Shown here: positions 21,099-31,049 of the stretch, piece after piece
How the letters are laid out: every line of letters begins with the position of its first letter
Numbering within the stretch: the stretch's first letter is position 1
Sequence record: PZ445427.1
DNA length: 64,000 nt
Source: a phage
Strand: one strand, 5' to 3'
Translations under genes and position numbers: made by a program
The notes under the pieces: model-generated
What the model saw: the letters and a program-made list of their open reading frames with translations, nothing else
Databases searched by the model: none
Told to the model about the DNA's origin: nothing

Positions 21099-21249
21099 AA
21101 AATTTTATTTGCCAACCTCTATTAAAAATAGTATAATCACGCGCCCGTGTACGCGATATAAAATGATTATCTAGTACCACACATCTCCCAATAAAAGCAA
21201 GCAAATTTTTTATTTAAAAGCAATATCATAGGCTTATTTAAAATTGTAG

Positions 21250-21278
21250 TTGCTTTCTCCCGTATATATTGGTATAAT
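21250..21278 (+). promoter_or_regulatory. promoter cassette (TTGCTT-N17-TATAAT)
   Basis: hexamers at 21250-21255 and 21273-21278 upstream of phoH. Confidence 0.6.
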
Positions 21279-21342
21279 ATATTTGTAAGTTGATAAACAA
21301 GATCTTTTTGTTGATCCTCTGTTAGCGAAGTACACTATAGGA

Positions 21343-22104
21343 GTGTTATTTATGGGAAAAGCACGTCAAAAAAGAGAGAACCGCAATGGTTCAAGAAAGC
21401 GTGGCAACAAGTACGAGAGTAACGTAATTCAAGCAGATTTCTCTGGTGATTACGCCAATCCAGTTGCTAAATCCCTAGTTGGTAAAAACCGTGAGCAAAA
21501 ATCATATATCAATATGATCAAGAACAACACAGTGACTGTGGGTATTGGTGAACCAGGTACTGGTAAAACCTTTATTCCATCCGTTCTTGCAGCTCAGGAA
21601 CTCGTAGACATTCACTCAGATATTGAGCAAGTGATCCTCGTGCGTCCGAACGAACCTCTAGGTAAATCTCTTGGTATGCTCCCAGGTGATCTGGCAGAAA
21701 AGCTAGAGCCTTGGTTGGAACCAATAGCCGATGGCATGAAATGGGCAATCGGTGATCACGCCTACAAAGGATATGTCGAACGTCAGAAAATTAAATTCCT
21801 GGCTATCGAACATGCCCGTGGCCGAACTTTCAACAACTCCTATGTAATTGTCGATGAAGCTCAGAATATCTCCGTTGAAGCAATGATCTGTCTCTTGACT
21901 CGTGTAGGACAAGATTGTCGTTTAATTATCTGTGGGGATATAGCGCAGAAAGACATCAAGGGTGATTCAGGTCTAGCACTTCTTATGGAAGTCTATGAGA
22001 AGTATGAAAACTCTCCTTTCTCTATGATCGAACTGATCGACAACGTTCGCTCACCAGAGTCTAAAGCATTCTACGATATCTTTAAGGATATGGGGAAGGT
22101 GTAA
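21343..22104 (+). CDS. phoH: PhoH-like ATPase
   Basis: 253 aa; Walker A GEPGTGKT; Walker B IVDEAQN. Confidence 0.8.
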   Translation: MLFMGKARQKRENRNGSRKRGNKYESNVIQADFSGDYANPVAKSLVGKNREQKSYINMIKNNTVTVGIGEPGTGKTFIPSVLAAQELVDIHSDIEQVILVRPNEPLGKSLGMLPGDLAEKLEPWLEPIADGMKWAIGDHAYKGYVERQKIKFLAIEHARGRTFNNSYVIVDEAQNISVEAMICLLTRVGQDCRLIICGDIAQKDIKGDSGLALLMEVYEKYENSPFSMIELIDNVRSPESKAFYDIFKDMGKV

Positions 22105-22105
22105 T

Positions 22106-22348
22106 ATGGGAAACGTCGTACATCTGCACCGCAAAACTAAGATCCACCGTACTTCACTGAGTGCTGCTAATATGATTACACGTAAGGAAGGGGAAGAAAG
22201 TCCTAAGACTACCCTAGCGTGGAAAATTGTAGCCTCTAATCCAAATCGGCCTTTTAATTATAATGAACTTTCAACATCAGTAGATATTCTTCTGAGGGCG
22301 AATGCGAAAGCAAAAGTAATTAATCAAGCCGAAAAACTAGACTGGTAA
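22106..22348 (+). CDS. hypothetical protein (80 aa)
   Basis: ORF coupled to phoH stop. Confidence 0.4.
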   Translation: MGNVVHLHRKTKIHRTSLSAANMITRKEGEESPKTTLAWKIVASNPNRPFNYNELSTSVDILLRANAKAKVINQAEKLDW

Positions 22349-22469
22349 TATAGAAGGCCTGGGTATGAAAATACTCGGGCCTTTTCTATCAGAAAATTTT
22401 ATTTGCCAAATGACTGAGAATAAAGTAAACTATTTCCTAAATCCTGATAACTACAAAAAGGAAAGCCAA

Positions 22470-24800
22470 ATGAGCCATCGCATAGAAAAAGTAATCAAAC
22501 GTGACGGTACTGTAGAAGACTTTGCTCCTGAAAAACTCAATGGTTGGGCAGTGTATGGCTGCAAAACAGTTGATGTAAGCTGGTCATCCATCACTATGGC
22601 TGCTCAAAAAACTCTACCTAAAGGTGTTGTAGACTCCGACACCCTAATGGATGCGTTAATTAAAGCCGCTGAAGGTCTTATCAAAGATAACCCAGCATAT
22701 GATGTGCCAGCTAAGGAATTACGTCTTGCGCAGATGCGTAAACGTCTATATGACTCCTTCGAGCCTCCTTCTCTGCGTTTCTTCCACGATCATATGGTTA
22801 GTGTTGGAGCTTGGGAAGACATGAGTGCATGGATTAGCGATGATCAGTTTGATGCTCTGAATCAAGTTATCGATCATGATCGCGATCGTTTATTCACCAG
22901 TGGTGGACTGAAACAGTTCTTCGACAAGTATTCCCGTCGTAATATTGCAACTGGTGAAATTTATGAAACCCCGCAGTTTGCCTACATGGGCATGGCAATG
23001 GCGATGTTATCTCAACCTAACTGGACAATCCTAGATGCAATCGACCTCTACAATGCAATGTCGCTCCACAAAATCAACGTTCCTACTCCACCTCTCGTGG
23101 GTCTTAGGAGCAGCGACCGCGGTTTTGCTTCTTGTTGTCTTGTTGATAGTACTGATACCCTCGATTCAATCGACACAGCCGAGCATATCGTCTTCAAAAT
23201 GGTCGCAGCCAGAGCGGGAATCGGGTATCATCTTGAAAGCCGATCAATTGCTGATCCGGTGCGAAATGGGGCATTCCCGCATTCCGGAAAACTGCCATAT
23301 TATCGACACATTGACCGTTCAGTAAAAGCTAACACTCAGCAAACCCGTGGCGGTTCTGCTACTGTGTCTTATCCATACTTCGATCCTGAAATCATTCAGT
23401 TGATGCAGGTTAAGCAGCAACGTGCTACAGACGAGAATAAAATCGATAAGATGGATTATTCTCTGAGCTTTAACAACCTTCTGTTAAAACGTTACCTGAA
23501 AAACGAAGATATTACGCTAATGTCCTACTTCTACGCACCAGAAGTTCATGAAGCGTTTTATGGTGAAGATGAGGCTAAGTTTGAAGAAATCTACGTGGCA
23601 GCGGAGAAACGTGTGGCATCTCTTACAAAGACCGACCACGAAGGAAAAACAATTCCAGCAGCTCCTAGAATCTCTGCAAAAGAAATCCTAGATACTTGGT
23701 TACGTATCCGTATGGAAACAGGGCGTATGTATGCTCATCACATTGGTGAATCTAACCGTCATGGTAACTTCCTTGACCCGATTCGTATGACCAACCTTTG
23801 TGTTGAAATTACTCAGCCAACCCGTCCATTCCATCACATTACGGAACTGTATAAAACCCAAGATCAGTTAGACGATATGCGTCCAGAAGATATTGGTGAA
23901 GTATCTCTGTGTAACTTAGGTGGTGTTGTACTAGGCCGCATGGAATCTCTGGCTGAATGGGAGAAAACTTGCTACATCCTTCTGAAATTCGTTGATACAA
24001 TCATCGAGATTCAGGATTACCCATTCCCAACTATGGAATACACGGCTAAGAAACGTCGAAACGTTGGTATTGGCCTGATGAACGCAGCAGGTGCAATGGC
24101 AGCAGAAGGTTTGGCTTACGAAGGTGTTGAAGCTCGTAACTGGATTCACCGTGAAGCTGAAAAACTGTCTTACTTCCTGCACAAAGCATCTGTACGTCTG
24201 GCTAAAGAACAAGGTGCATGTGACTGGTTTAATCGTACTAAGCCATCCAAAGGAACTCTGGTAATCGACACGTACAAGAAAACTGTTGATGAACTGGTAA
24301 CCGTAGGTCTAGAAATGGATTGGGAATCTCTGCGTGCAGATATCCTGAAATACGGTATGCGTAACTCTGTTCTGACTGCTCAGATGCCGGGTGAAAGTTC
24401 CTCTGTACTGCTAGGTGTTACTAACTCTATTGAACCACCTCGTAAGATTGTATCTATCAAGGGTAGTGCAGTGAATAAAGTAATTGCAATTGCTCCAGGT
24501 GCAACCGATTGGGATACATTAATGAGCTATAAACTGGCTTATGATGTAGATCGTATCGAGTGGATCAAATGGGTAGCAACCATGCAGAAATTTTTCAGTC
24601 AGTCTATCAGTACGAATATGTACTATGACTACACCAAGTTTGAGAATGAAATCATTCCTGGTCCAGTAGTAGTTCGTGATTTCATGACTGCTGTTAAGTA
24701 CGGTTGGAAAACTTGGTACTACGCTAACTTCAACACTGAAAATGGTGGTGGAGCTGGTGAAGAAGCAGCAGGTTGTGCATCCGGTGGTTGTAACCTATAA
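22470..24800 (+). CDS. nrdA: ribonucleoside-diphosphate reductase alpha subunit (class Ia)
   Basis: ATP-cone KRDGTVEDF at chosen start; catalytic-site region EVSLCNLGG; ORF extends to 22365 but upstream part looks like leader. Confidence 0.85.
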   Translation: MSHRIEKVIKRDGTVEDFAPEKLNGWAVYGCKTVDVSWSSITMAAQKTLPKGVVDSDTLMDALIKAAEGLIKDNPAYDVPAKELRLAQMRKRLYDSFEPPSLRFFHDHMVSVGAWEDMSAWISDDQFDALNQVIDHDRDRLFTSGGLKQFFDKYSRRNIATGEIYETPQFAYMGMAMAMLSQPNWTILDAIDLYNAMSLHKINVPTPPLVGLRSSDRGFASCCLVDSTDTLDSIDTAEHIVFKMVAARAGIGYHLESRSIADPVRNGAFPHSGKLPYYRHIDRSVKANTQQTRGGSATVSYPYFDPEIIQLMQVKQQRATDENKIDKMDYSLSFNNLLLKRYLKNEDITLMSYFYAPEVHEAFYGEDEAKFEEIYVAAEKRVASLTKTDHEGKTIPAAPRISAKEILDTWLRIRMETGRMYAHHIGESNRHGNFLDPIRMTNLCVEITQPTRPFHHITELYKTQDQLDDMRPEDIGEVSLCNLGGVVLGRMESLAEWEKTCYILLKFVDTIIEIQDYPFPTMEYTAKKRRNVGIGLMNAAGAMAAEGLAYEGVEARNWIHREAEKLSYFLHKASVRLAKEQGACDWFNRTKPSKGTLVIDTYKKTVDELVTVGLEMDWESLRADILKYGMRNSVLTAQMPGESSSVLLGVTNSIEPPRKIVSIKGSAVNKVIAIAPGATDWDTLMSYKLAYDVDRIEWIKWVATMQKFFSQSISTNMYYDYTKFENEIIPGPVVVRDFMTAVKYGWKTWYYANFNTENGGGAGEEAAGCASGGCNL

Positions 24801-24809
24801 TAAAAACAA

Positions 24810-24836
24810 GGAGATCTTCGGGTCTCCTTTTTCTTT
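24810..24836 (+). terminator. rho-independent terminator after nrdA
   Basis: GGAGATC-TTCG-GGTCTCC hairpin followed by TTTTTCTTT. Confidence 0.6.
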
Positions 24837-24846
24837 GAAATTTTAC

Positions 24847-24875
24847 TTGCTAATCGCTACCAGATTTGCTATAAT
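24847..24875 (+). promoter_or_regulatory. promoter cassette (TTGCTA-N17-TATAAT)
   Basis: upstream of nrdB. Confidence 0.6.
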
Positions 24876-24906
24876 ATTCCTGAAATAGTGAGAAAGAGGA
24901 AAATCA

Positions 24907-26052
24907 ATGACTACTTTACTAAACCTGAATTGGGATCATACTAACGCTGACCTTTTCCTGGGCGATTCTCTTGGTATCGCAGATTACGTTCGTGTAGCAC
25001 ATCCTGAACTTGAGCGTCTAGCACTTCTGCAACGTTCTCAATTTTGGACTGAAACTGAAATCAGTCTGGAAGCTGATAAGAAACAATGGCCAAACCTCCC
25101 GCGTGATATCCAGGAAATTACTCTCCTGAACTTAGCATGGCAAACTCAAACAGATTCTTTCATTAGTCGTGCTCCTGAGGCAGCTATTATGCCACTTGTA
25201 AGCCGTCCTGAATTGGAAGGTATGCTCAAGCAGTGGAGCTACTTCGAAGATCTACATAGCCGTGCGTATAGTAACATTATTCGTAACGTTCTGACTGACC
25301 CAGCAGAATTTATTGATTCTGTAACTAAAAACCAAGAAGCATTTGCACGTATCGCAGATTCTGTTGAACTGTTTGATGAATTGTATCTGTTAGGTCAGTA
25401 TTTCCTTGCAGTACGTGATCATCAGGGTGATAATACTTATCCAGAAACTGAGTTCCCTGAAGTTAAACGTGAAACTCAGGCTAAGCTGTTAGATGCTTAC
25501 TTTGCAATCTACGGTCTGGAAGCAATGCAGTTCTACGCATCTTTTGCATGTACCTTTGCTCTAGCAGAGAACGATATTCTGCAAGGTATTGCCAAGAACC
25601 TGCAACTAATTGCTAAAGATGAAGCTCTGCACACTCAAATGTCTAAAGCTATCATCCAGATTATGTTTCAGCAGTTTGATAAAGATCTGGTAGATGAAGC
25701 ATTAGCTAAAGCACCAGCACAACTCCTAAAAACTCTGAAAACTGAGATTGAATGGGGTCACTTTATCTTTAAAGGCCGTAGTCTGATTGGTTTGAACGCA
25801 GAACTGCTTGAAGAATATCTTTACTTTGTAGGACGTAACGCATTTATGCATATTGGTGTAGAATGGCCAAGCCACTTACCTGTAATTACTAAGAACCCTA
25901 TTCCGTGGATTATGAACTGGTTGGATACTACGTCTTTACAACCTGCTCCGCAAGAGATTCAGATTGGTGCGGCATACCGCGTAGGTCAGGTCACAGAAAC
26001 CTCTGCTGATACTCTGAAAGATCTTGGCAACGAATTTGAGGGTATGTTCTAA
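24907..26052 (+). CDS. nrdB: ribonucleoside-diphosphate reductase beta subunit
   Basis: 381 aa; di-iron ligand region (EALHT, helix with E/H pairs); follows nrdA. Confidence 0.85.
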   Translation: MTTLLNLNWDHTNADLFLGDSLGIADYVRVAHPELERLALLQRSQFWTETEISLEADKKQWPNLPRDIQEITLLNLAWQTQTDSFISRAPEAAIMPLVSRPELEGMLKQWSYFEDLHSRAYSNIIRNVLTDPAEFIDSVTKNQEAFARIADSVELFDELYLLGQYFLAVRDHQGDNTYPETEFPEVKRETQAKLLDAYFAIYGLEAMQFYASFACTFALAENDILQGIAKNLQLIAKDEALHTQMSKAIIQIMFQQFDKDLVDEALAKAPAQLLKTLKTEIEWGHFIFKGRSLIGLNAELLEEYLYFVGRNAFMHIGVEWPSHLPVITKNPIPWIMNWLDTTSLQPAPQEIQIGAAYRVGQVTETSADTLKDLGNEFEGMF

Positions 26053-26582
26053 TGATAGCAGCAATCTATGCAACTGGGCCGAATGGGGAGTTCGGCCTCA
26101 ACGGTAAACTCCCTTGGGGTTCTTTCAAAGAAGAACTAGATATCTTCTACGCTACTTTGGATTCTCTAGCACCTGATAATATTATTGTAGGAGCAGGAAC
26201 TTGGTTAGCCTTCCCTGAGACTCTGCAAAAAAGAATACTAGGAGATTCTGACCTATTTATTTATGCAAATAGACCACTACCTAACTCTGTAGGATCAGCC
26301 ACACGCATAAGTAACATTGGATACAGTCTACCTGATTTCCTCAAGGAAGAAGTAACTGTAGTATTAGGGGGAGCAACTCTGCTTCTTGAAATGTATGTCA
26401 AAAATCATCTAGATATGGCGTATATCTCTACTATTACTTCAGCTACACCATTATCTGCTGATGTACATCTGCATCATCACATTACTTTAACTAATTCAAT
26501 GGCAACTAGAATGGACTATGTAGCAGGACAGAATGCAGATAAAACACTTTCTTTCTTACAAGAATTGGTGATATTTAAATGA
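26052..26582 (+). CDS. dihydrofolate reductase
   Basis: 176 aa; N-terminal [15 protein letters not shown] pattern; coupled to thymidylate synthase gene. Confidence 0.7.
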   Translation: MIAAIYATGPNGEFGLNGKLPWGSFKEELDIFYATLDSLAPDNIIVGAGTWLAFPETLQKRILGDSDLFIYANRPLPNSVGSATRISNIGYSLPDFLKEEVTVVLGGATLLLEMYVKNHLDMAYISTITSATPLSADVHLHHHITLTNSMATRMDYVAGQNADKTLSFLQELVIFK

Positions 26583-27433
26583 GGCAATATATTGAAACTG
26601 GAAAACGTATTCTAGAAGAGGGTGTATGGGTAACGAATCCTAGAACAGGGGTTCGTTGCCTAACTATTATTGATGCAGACTTTACCTTTAACGTAGGAGC
26701 AGGAGAACTGCCGCTAGTAACTACTCGTAAAGCATTTGCTAAACAAGCAATAATGGAAATGATCGGATATCTCCGTGGGTACGACTCAGCAGCACAATTC
26801 CGCGCTATTGGTGTTAATACATGGAATGCTAATGCAAATGAAAATATTGCCTGGCTAGGTAATCCATTCCGTAAAGGCGAGGATGATATGGGACGAGTCT
26901 ATGGTGTTCAAGGACGTCATTGGACTAATTCTGATGGTATGGTATTTGATCAGTTAGCCAAAGTCTATCATAATTTGAAAAGAGGGATTGACGATCGTGG
27001 AGAAATTTTAACTTTTTGGAACCCTGGGGAATTTCGTAAAGGATGCCTACGTCCGTGTATGCATACCCATCAATTCTCTATTTTAGGTGATACACTATAC
27101 CTAAACTCTTTCCAGAGGTCTAATGATTTCTTGCTGGGCCAAGTATTTAATATGGTGCAATGTTATGCACTTCTAGCTATTATGGCACAGATTACAGGTC
27201 TTAAGCCAGGTATTGCTCGTCAAAAGATTATCAATCTTCATATCTATGAAGATCAGTATAATGTTCTGATGGAGCACAAGCAATTCGATCGTAAACCTTT
27301 TGCATCTCCTACTTTAGAAATCAATCCAAATATCCAAACTTTGGATGATGTATTAACGTGGGTAAATAAGGATGATTTTACTGTTCGTGGCTATGAACAC
27401 CATCCTGCTATTGCATACCCATTCACAGTCTAA
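26579..27433 (+). CDS. thyA: thymidylate synthase
   Basis: 284 aa; ThyA-like blocks incl. catalytic Cys region [10 protein letters not shown] and [13 protein letters not shown]. Confidence 0.9.
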   Translation: MRQYIETGKRILEEGVWVTNPRTGVRCLTIIDADFTFNVGAGELPLVTTRKAFAKQAIMEMIGYLRGYDSAAQFRAIGVNTWNANANENIAWLGNPFRKGEDDMGRVYGVQGRHWTNSDGMVFDQLAKVYHNLKRGIDDRGEILTFWNPGEFRKGCLRPCMHTHQFSILGDTLYLNSFQRSNDFLLGQVFNMVQCYALLAIMAQITGLKPGIARQKIINLHIYEDQYNVLMEHKQFDRKPFASPTLEINPNIQTLDDVLTWVNKDDFTVRGYEHHPAIAYPFTV

Positions 27434-27440
27434 TTCAAAT

Positions 27441-27463
27441 AGCCCTTCGGGGCTATTATATTT
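27441..27463 (+). terminator. UUCG-tetraloop hairpin / terminator
   Basis: AGCCC-TTCG-GGGCT followed by ATTATATTT. Confidence 0.5.
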
Positions 27464-27472
27464 AAATTTCAT

Positions 27473-27501
27473 TTGCTTACTGAGTGAAATTCAAATATAA
27501 T
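27473..27501 (+). promoter_or_regulatory. promoter cassette (TTGCTT-N17-TATAAT)
   Basis: overlaps the 5' end of ORF 27484; real start likely ATG 27526. Confidence 0.6.
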
Positions 27502-27525
27502 ATATTTTATAAATTGGAGACACTT

Positions 27526-27780
27526 ATGGGACTCTTTAAAAAGAAAGTTTATTTAACACAAAGTCAAGAACGCAGGTTCTTAGCTCTGTCTCAGTATTAC
27601 CATTTACCTTTCGATCATTTCATAGAACGGGCGTTAGAACAATTCCTAGAAAAGGAATTAAGGGCAATTAGACCTGAACCGCCAAGAGCACCAAATGATG
27701 CACAGAGAGGTCATCCACGTATCCCACCTATGCCGCCAGTTCCACCAGCGACTAGGGTCATTATAGAAGGTGAAAAATAA
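27526..27780 (+). CDS. hypothetical protein (about 85 aa), Pro-rich C-terminus
   Basis: ATG after GGAGACAC; upstream ATG 27484 lies inside the promoter. Confidence 0.45.
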   Translation: MGLFKKKVYLTQSQERRFLALSQYYHLPFDHFIERALEQFLEKELRAIRPEPPRAPNDAQRGHPRIPPMPPVPPATRVIIEGEK

Positions 27781-28049
27781 TGTCTATTCTTTTATCTGCT
27801 TTAGAAGCAAAACAAAATACTATTGCTAGTATTAAAAAGGAAGTAATTGACTTAGAGTCACTTATTGCCGTAGAGATTGACAAAGCCATCAAAGATAAAG
27901 AATTTAACTGTCACATCCAGGGATTGACTGAATATTCAGAAAATGCTAGAAATAGCGTCATGCAAAAACTTAGCAAACTAGGTTATGTTGTGGAAGCTAA
28001 GTATGAGCAACGTGAAGGTTTTTGGCTTGAAATTGATTGGAGCAAATAA
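27780..28049 (+). CDS. hypothetical protein (89 aa)
   Basis: ORF coupled to neighbours. Confidence 0.45.
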   Translation: MSILLSALEAKQNTIASIKKEVIDLESLIAVEIDKAIKDKEFNCHIQGLTEYSENARNSVMQKLSKLGYVVEAKYEQREGFWLEIDWSK

Positions 28050-28525
28050 TGTCGGTTTTCCACATATATACAGATGGTGCATGTAAGGGCAATCCTGGTT
28101 TAGGTGCGTGGGGATTCGTTGTCTATAATGATAATGATGATCGTATTGGCTCTAAATCTGGCTTCAGCCATAAAACTACTAATAACGAAATGGAACTTAC
28201 TGCAATTGTTGAAGTTCTTCGTTGGTCTACTAAGAAAGATAATCGTCCAGTAATTATCTACACTGATTCTGCTTACTGCAAAAATGGTATGGAAAGCTGG
28301 ATGTGGTCTTGGCAGAAGAAAGGATGGAAGAAAGGAGATGGTGAAACTCCTCTTAATCTAGAACTCTGGCAAGAAGCGTTTAAACTAACTCAACAGTATA
28401 TTAATTTCCATGATACTAACCCAACCTTTGTTAAGGTTAAAGGTCACTCAGGTATTCGTGGTAATGAAGAAGTTGATGCTCTATGCAATACTGTAATTAC
28501 TGAGCAAGAACTTGCTGAGATGTAA
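28037..28525 (+). CDS. ribonuclease H
   Basis: 162 aa; RNase H-like N-terminus IYTDGACKGNPGLGAWGF and downstream acidic/His residues. Confidence 0.8.
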   Translation: MEQIMSVFHIYTDGACKGNPGLGAWGFVVYNDNDDRIGSKSGFSHKTTNNEMELTAIVEVLRWSTKKDNRPVIIYTDSAYCKNGMESWMWSWQKKGWKKGDGETPLNLELWQEAFKLTQQYINFHDTNPTFVKVKGHSGIRGNEEVDALCNTVITEQELAEM

Positions 28526-28545
28526 TAAATAATTTAAAAATTCAC

Positions 28546-28574
28546 TTGCTTAAAGCCCTCGAATTTAGTATAAT
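28546..28574 (+). promoter_or_regulatory. promoter cassette (TTGCTT-N17-TATAAT)
   Basis: followed by leader with GAGGAGGG SD and ATG 28602. Confidence 0.6.
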
Positions 28575-28601
28575 ATTCGTATTGAAAGTGAGGAGGGCTT
28601 T

Positions 28602-28880
28602 ATGCGAATTTACAACTCAAATTCATTAGGATTTAAACCTTTGAGAAAACGCGCACAATCTCCGCGTCAGATCAGAAAGGCAAATATTGGTGAGCCAGAA
28701 ACTAGGCTTCCACCACCTCCGGAGCAGCGTCTAGTTTATCTAGATGAAGAATTAGCCGAAAGGGAACGCAAAGCTCAAGAAGAAATTGAGCGCAAGAAAC
28801 TGTGTACTGCTCCTGCATATAACAAGGGTGGTTATCAGTACGTTTCCAGTGAGGAACAAGCTAAGATGATCGGCAGATAA
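28602..28880 (+). CDS. hypothetical protein (92 aa)
   Basis: ORF after promoter cassette. Confidence 0.45.
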   Translation: MRIYNSNSLGFKPLRKRAQSPRQIRKANIGEPETRLPPPPEQRLVYLDEELAERERKAQEEIERKKLCTAPAYNKGGYQYVSSEEQAKMIGR

Positions 28881-28896
28881 TTTTTAAAAAATTCAT

Positions 28897-28925
28897 TTGC
28901 TAAACGCTTCAAAATTTCGTATAAT
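28897..28925 (+). promoter_or_regulatory. promoter cassette (TTGCTA-N17-TATAAT)
   Basis: upstream of 28964 gene. Confidence 0.6.
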
Positions 28926-28963
28926 ATATCTCATAAATTGATCAACAAAAAGGAAAACAAATA

Positions 28964-29479
28964 ATGGCTAAGCAGAAAAACGCAAAAACTCAGGCAGCTC
29001 CGGCAGTTAAAACTTTCGCTCAGACCGAAGCCAATCGTAAGGCTCGTCTGGAACGTCATCTGCGTAAGCATCCTACTGATGCTCAGGCTCAGACTGCCCT
29101 GAAGTCTGCGGCTCCGGTTCGCCAGAAGCCGAAGGCCAAGAACTCTACTCGCGCAACTGCTAAGCAGATTGTGTTCATCAAGGATGAAGGTCATAAGTCT
29201 GTACCGGTAACTCTGAGCTTTAACGGCGGTGCTGAGATGTTCGCCCGCAACGGTATGGCTCTGAAAGACTACGAAAAAGCAGTCAATCAGAAGCGTAAGC
29301 CAATGGCTGACGTAATGCGTGAATCCCGTGGACAGTTTGGCTCCGTTAAACCGAATATTTTCGGTGTAGAGTATAGCCGTGACAACGTTCGCGCTCTGTG
29401 CTACGGTATCGGTATTAAGTTTACTGGTGCTTCTGATCGTAAATCCGCTAAACCTACTCGTAAGCGTAAAGCGAAGTAA
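28964..29479 (+). CDS. highly basic Lys/Ala-rich protein (171 aa), probably abundant early protein
   Basis: codon usage shifts to CTG/CGT/GCT-rich; antisense ORF 28931..29503 judged spurious. Confidence 0.6.
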   Translation: MAKQKNAKTQAAPAVKTFAQTEANRKARLERHLRKHPTDAQAQTALKSAAPVRQKPKAKNSTRATAKQIVFIKDEGHKSVPVTLSFNGGAEMFARNGMALKDYEKAVNQKRKPMADVMRESRGQFGSVKPNIFGVEYSRDNVRALCYGIGIKFTGASDRKSAKPTRKRKAK

Positions 29480-29487
29480 TGATTGAT

Positions 29488-29501
29488 GGGGCGAAAGCCC
29501 C
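29488..29501 (+). other. GNRA-tetraloop hairpin GGGGC-GAAA-GCCCC
   Basis: perfect 5-bp stem with GAAA loop right after stop codon; no T-run. Confidence 0.5.
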
Positions 29502-29540
29502 ATATACTAACTCTTTCTCTGACTAATTAAGGATATTTTT

Positions 29541-29756
29541 ATGTTCTCTAAGAAACCACGTTCCGTTACTGAAATCGTTGCTTCCTTTACCACTATTACT
29601 GATGAACTTCAAGCTCGTATTGAAGCTGACCAGAAAACTGCTGCTGATATTCAGAAACAGCAGGAAGAACTCGCTCTGAAACTGGCTGAAACCAATAAGA
29701 GTGAAAAATCTGCTCAAACTATTAAGGAAAATATCCTTAAACTGCTGGGCAAGTAA
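29541..29756 (+). CDS. hypothetical protein (71 aa)
   Basis: ORF with host-like codon usage. Confidence 0.5.
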   Translation: MFSKKPRSVTEIVASFTTITDELQARIEADQKTAADIQKQQEELALKLAETNKSEKSAQTIKENILKLLGK

Positions 29757-29765
29757 TTTAAATCA

Positions 29766-29788
29766 GGGGGCGAAAGCCCCTCTTATTT
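29766..29788 (+). terminator. GNRA-hairpin terminator
   Basis: GGGGC-GAAA-GCCCC followed by TCTTATTT. Confidence 0.5.
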
Positions 29789-29797
29789 GGAGAAACT

Positions 29798-30010
29798 ATG
29801 CGTAACTTCGTTGCAAAGAATGATTTTAACCGTGCTAGCACTCACAAGTCTGCTAGAGACTACACTCGTCTTTCTAAACATGAGCTTCTAGAAGAAATCA
29901 TGGAAGAAAACTGGGATGTTAGTGAAAATGGAACAGACCTGTTTGAAGAAGAGGAACTTCCTCTGAAAGACCCCAAACAGTGGGAGTCTATTAAAGAGAC
30001 AGCTCTTTAA
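29798..30010 (+). CDS. hypothetical acidic protein (70 aa)
   Basis: ORF. Confidence 0.5.
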   Translation: MRNFVAKNDFNRASTHKSARDYTRLSKHELLEEIMEENWDVSENGTDLFEEEELPLKDPKQWESIKETAL

Positions 30011-30040
30011 TAGTTTTCTACAACAATAAAGGACATAATT

Positions 30041-30742
30041 ATGAAATTCAAGCCCTTTGGTATGCTGGACATTGAATCTCTAGGTACTCCAGGAAATTGC
30101 GGTACTACTCATATTGCAATGCCTTCTTTCGCTTTTGTAGCGATGCACGGAATTGATAAAGATCCTGATCTGGTATTCGTTACTCTAGACGTTCAAGATC
30201 AGCTTAATGCGGGTGCTAAGGTAACTGCCTCTACTATTGCATTCTGGATGGATCAAGCTAAAAACAGTCCATCTGCGCTCCATATTATGGAGGCTCTAAA
30301 TGGTCGTAATCCTAAACTGATTGCCTTCCGTGATGGTAAGCATCACTGCACTAATGACGTAGGCTCTAATTATGCTGCCTTCTCTATGGCTCAGAACATT
30401 ATGGAATTGTCTCTAGGAGATAATGCTCTGTATTACGGCAATGGCCCAGAGTTTGATATGACAATCTACTCTGCAAATACGTTCCATGCCGGAACCCATG
30501 AAGAAATAGTTCCGTGGAAATTCTGGAACTTAGGTAACGTTCGATCTTTCCGTAATCAGTGGATGCAAGCTGGTTATAGCTATAAAGATCTAGAAGCCGA
30601 AGGTGCTAGCTGGGCAAAAGCTAAAATGGAAAAGATGGACACCATTCGTTATGGAATCTATCCTGTGAAGCATGATCCAGCATTCGATGCTTTAGTTGAA
30701 AGTTATTGTGTAGCCGTCATGATCGAAAAAATCAAAATTTGA
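30041..30742 (+). CDS. hypothetical protein (233 aa)
   Basis: ORF with SD AAAGGA. Confidence 0.6.
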   Translation: MKFKPFGMLDIESLGTPGNCGTTHIAMPSFAFVAMHGIDKDPDLVFVTLDVQDQLNAGAKVTASTIAFWMDQAKNSPSALHIMEALNGRNPKLIAFRDGKHHCTNDVGSNYAAFSMAQNIMELSLGDNALYYGNGPEFDMTIYSANTFHAGTHEEIVPWKFWNLGNVRSFRNQWMQAGYSYKDLEAEGASWAKAKMEKMDTIRYGIYPVKHDPAFDALVESYCVAVMIEKIKI

Positions 30743-30743
30743 T

Positions 30744-30772
30744 TTGCTTTCAGCTCCAAAATTCTGTATAAT
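30744..30772 (+). promoter_or_regulatory. promoter cassette (TTGCTT-N17-TATAAT)
   Basis: -35 begins right after upstream stop. Confidence 0.6.
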
Positions 30773-30812
30773 ATATTCATAAATTTGAGAGAACAACAAA
30801 AGGAAAACAATT

Positions 30813-30995
30813 ATGCCAGTATCTAAAAACGTCCGTAAAAATGGTAAAGTAGCAAAACGTAACCTGGGTCTGCGTCGTATGGCTGAACGTCAGTCCGGCA
30901 TCCAGAAAATCTTTAACGTACTGAATCGCGCCAATCCGAATATTGATAACAGTTCTGATACTGTTCTGCGCACTCTGCTCGCAATCGGTCTGTAA
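30813..30995 (+). CDS. small basic protein (60 aa)
   Basis: ORF after promoter cassette. Confidence 0.5.
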   Translation: MPVSKNVRKNGKVAKRNLGLRRMAERQSGIQKIFNVLNRANPNIDNSSDTVLRTLLAIGL

Positions 30996-31049
30996 TAGAC
31001 CGTTTTTAAAACAAATTCAAATCTCAAACTTCATATAAGGAAGCAAATA

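Noticed and set aside
22365-22469. N-terminal extension of the NrdA ORF
   Set aside because: The ATP-cone begins at the internal Met (KRDGTVEDF); the upstream part overlaps the preceding gene's terminator/leader. A longer start remains possible.
28931-29503. 190-aa minus-strand ORF
   Set aside because: Antisense to the well-supported basic-protein gene 28964..29479; low-complexity translation typical of the reverse frame of a biased-codon gene.
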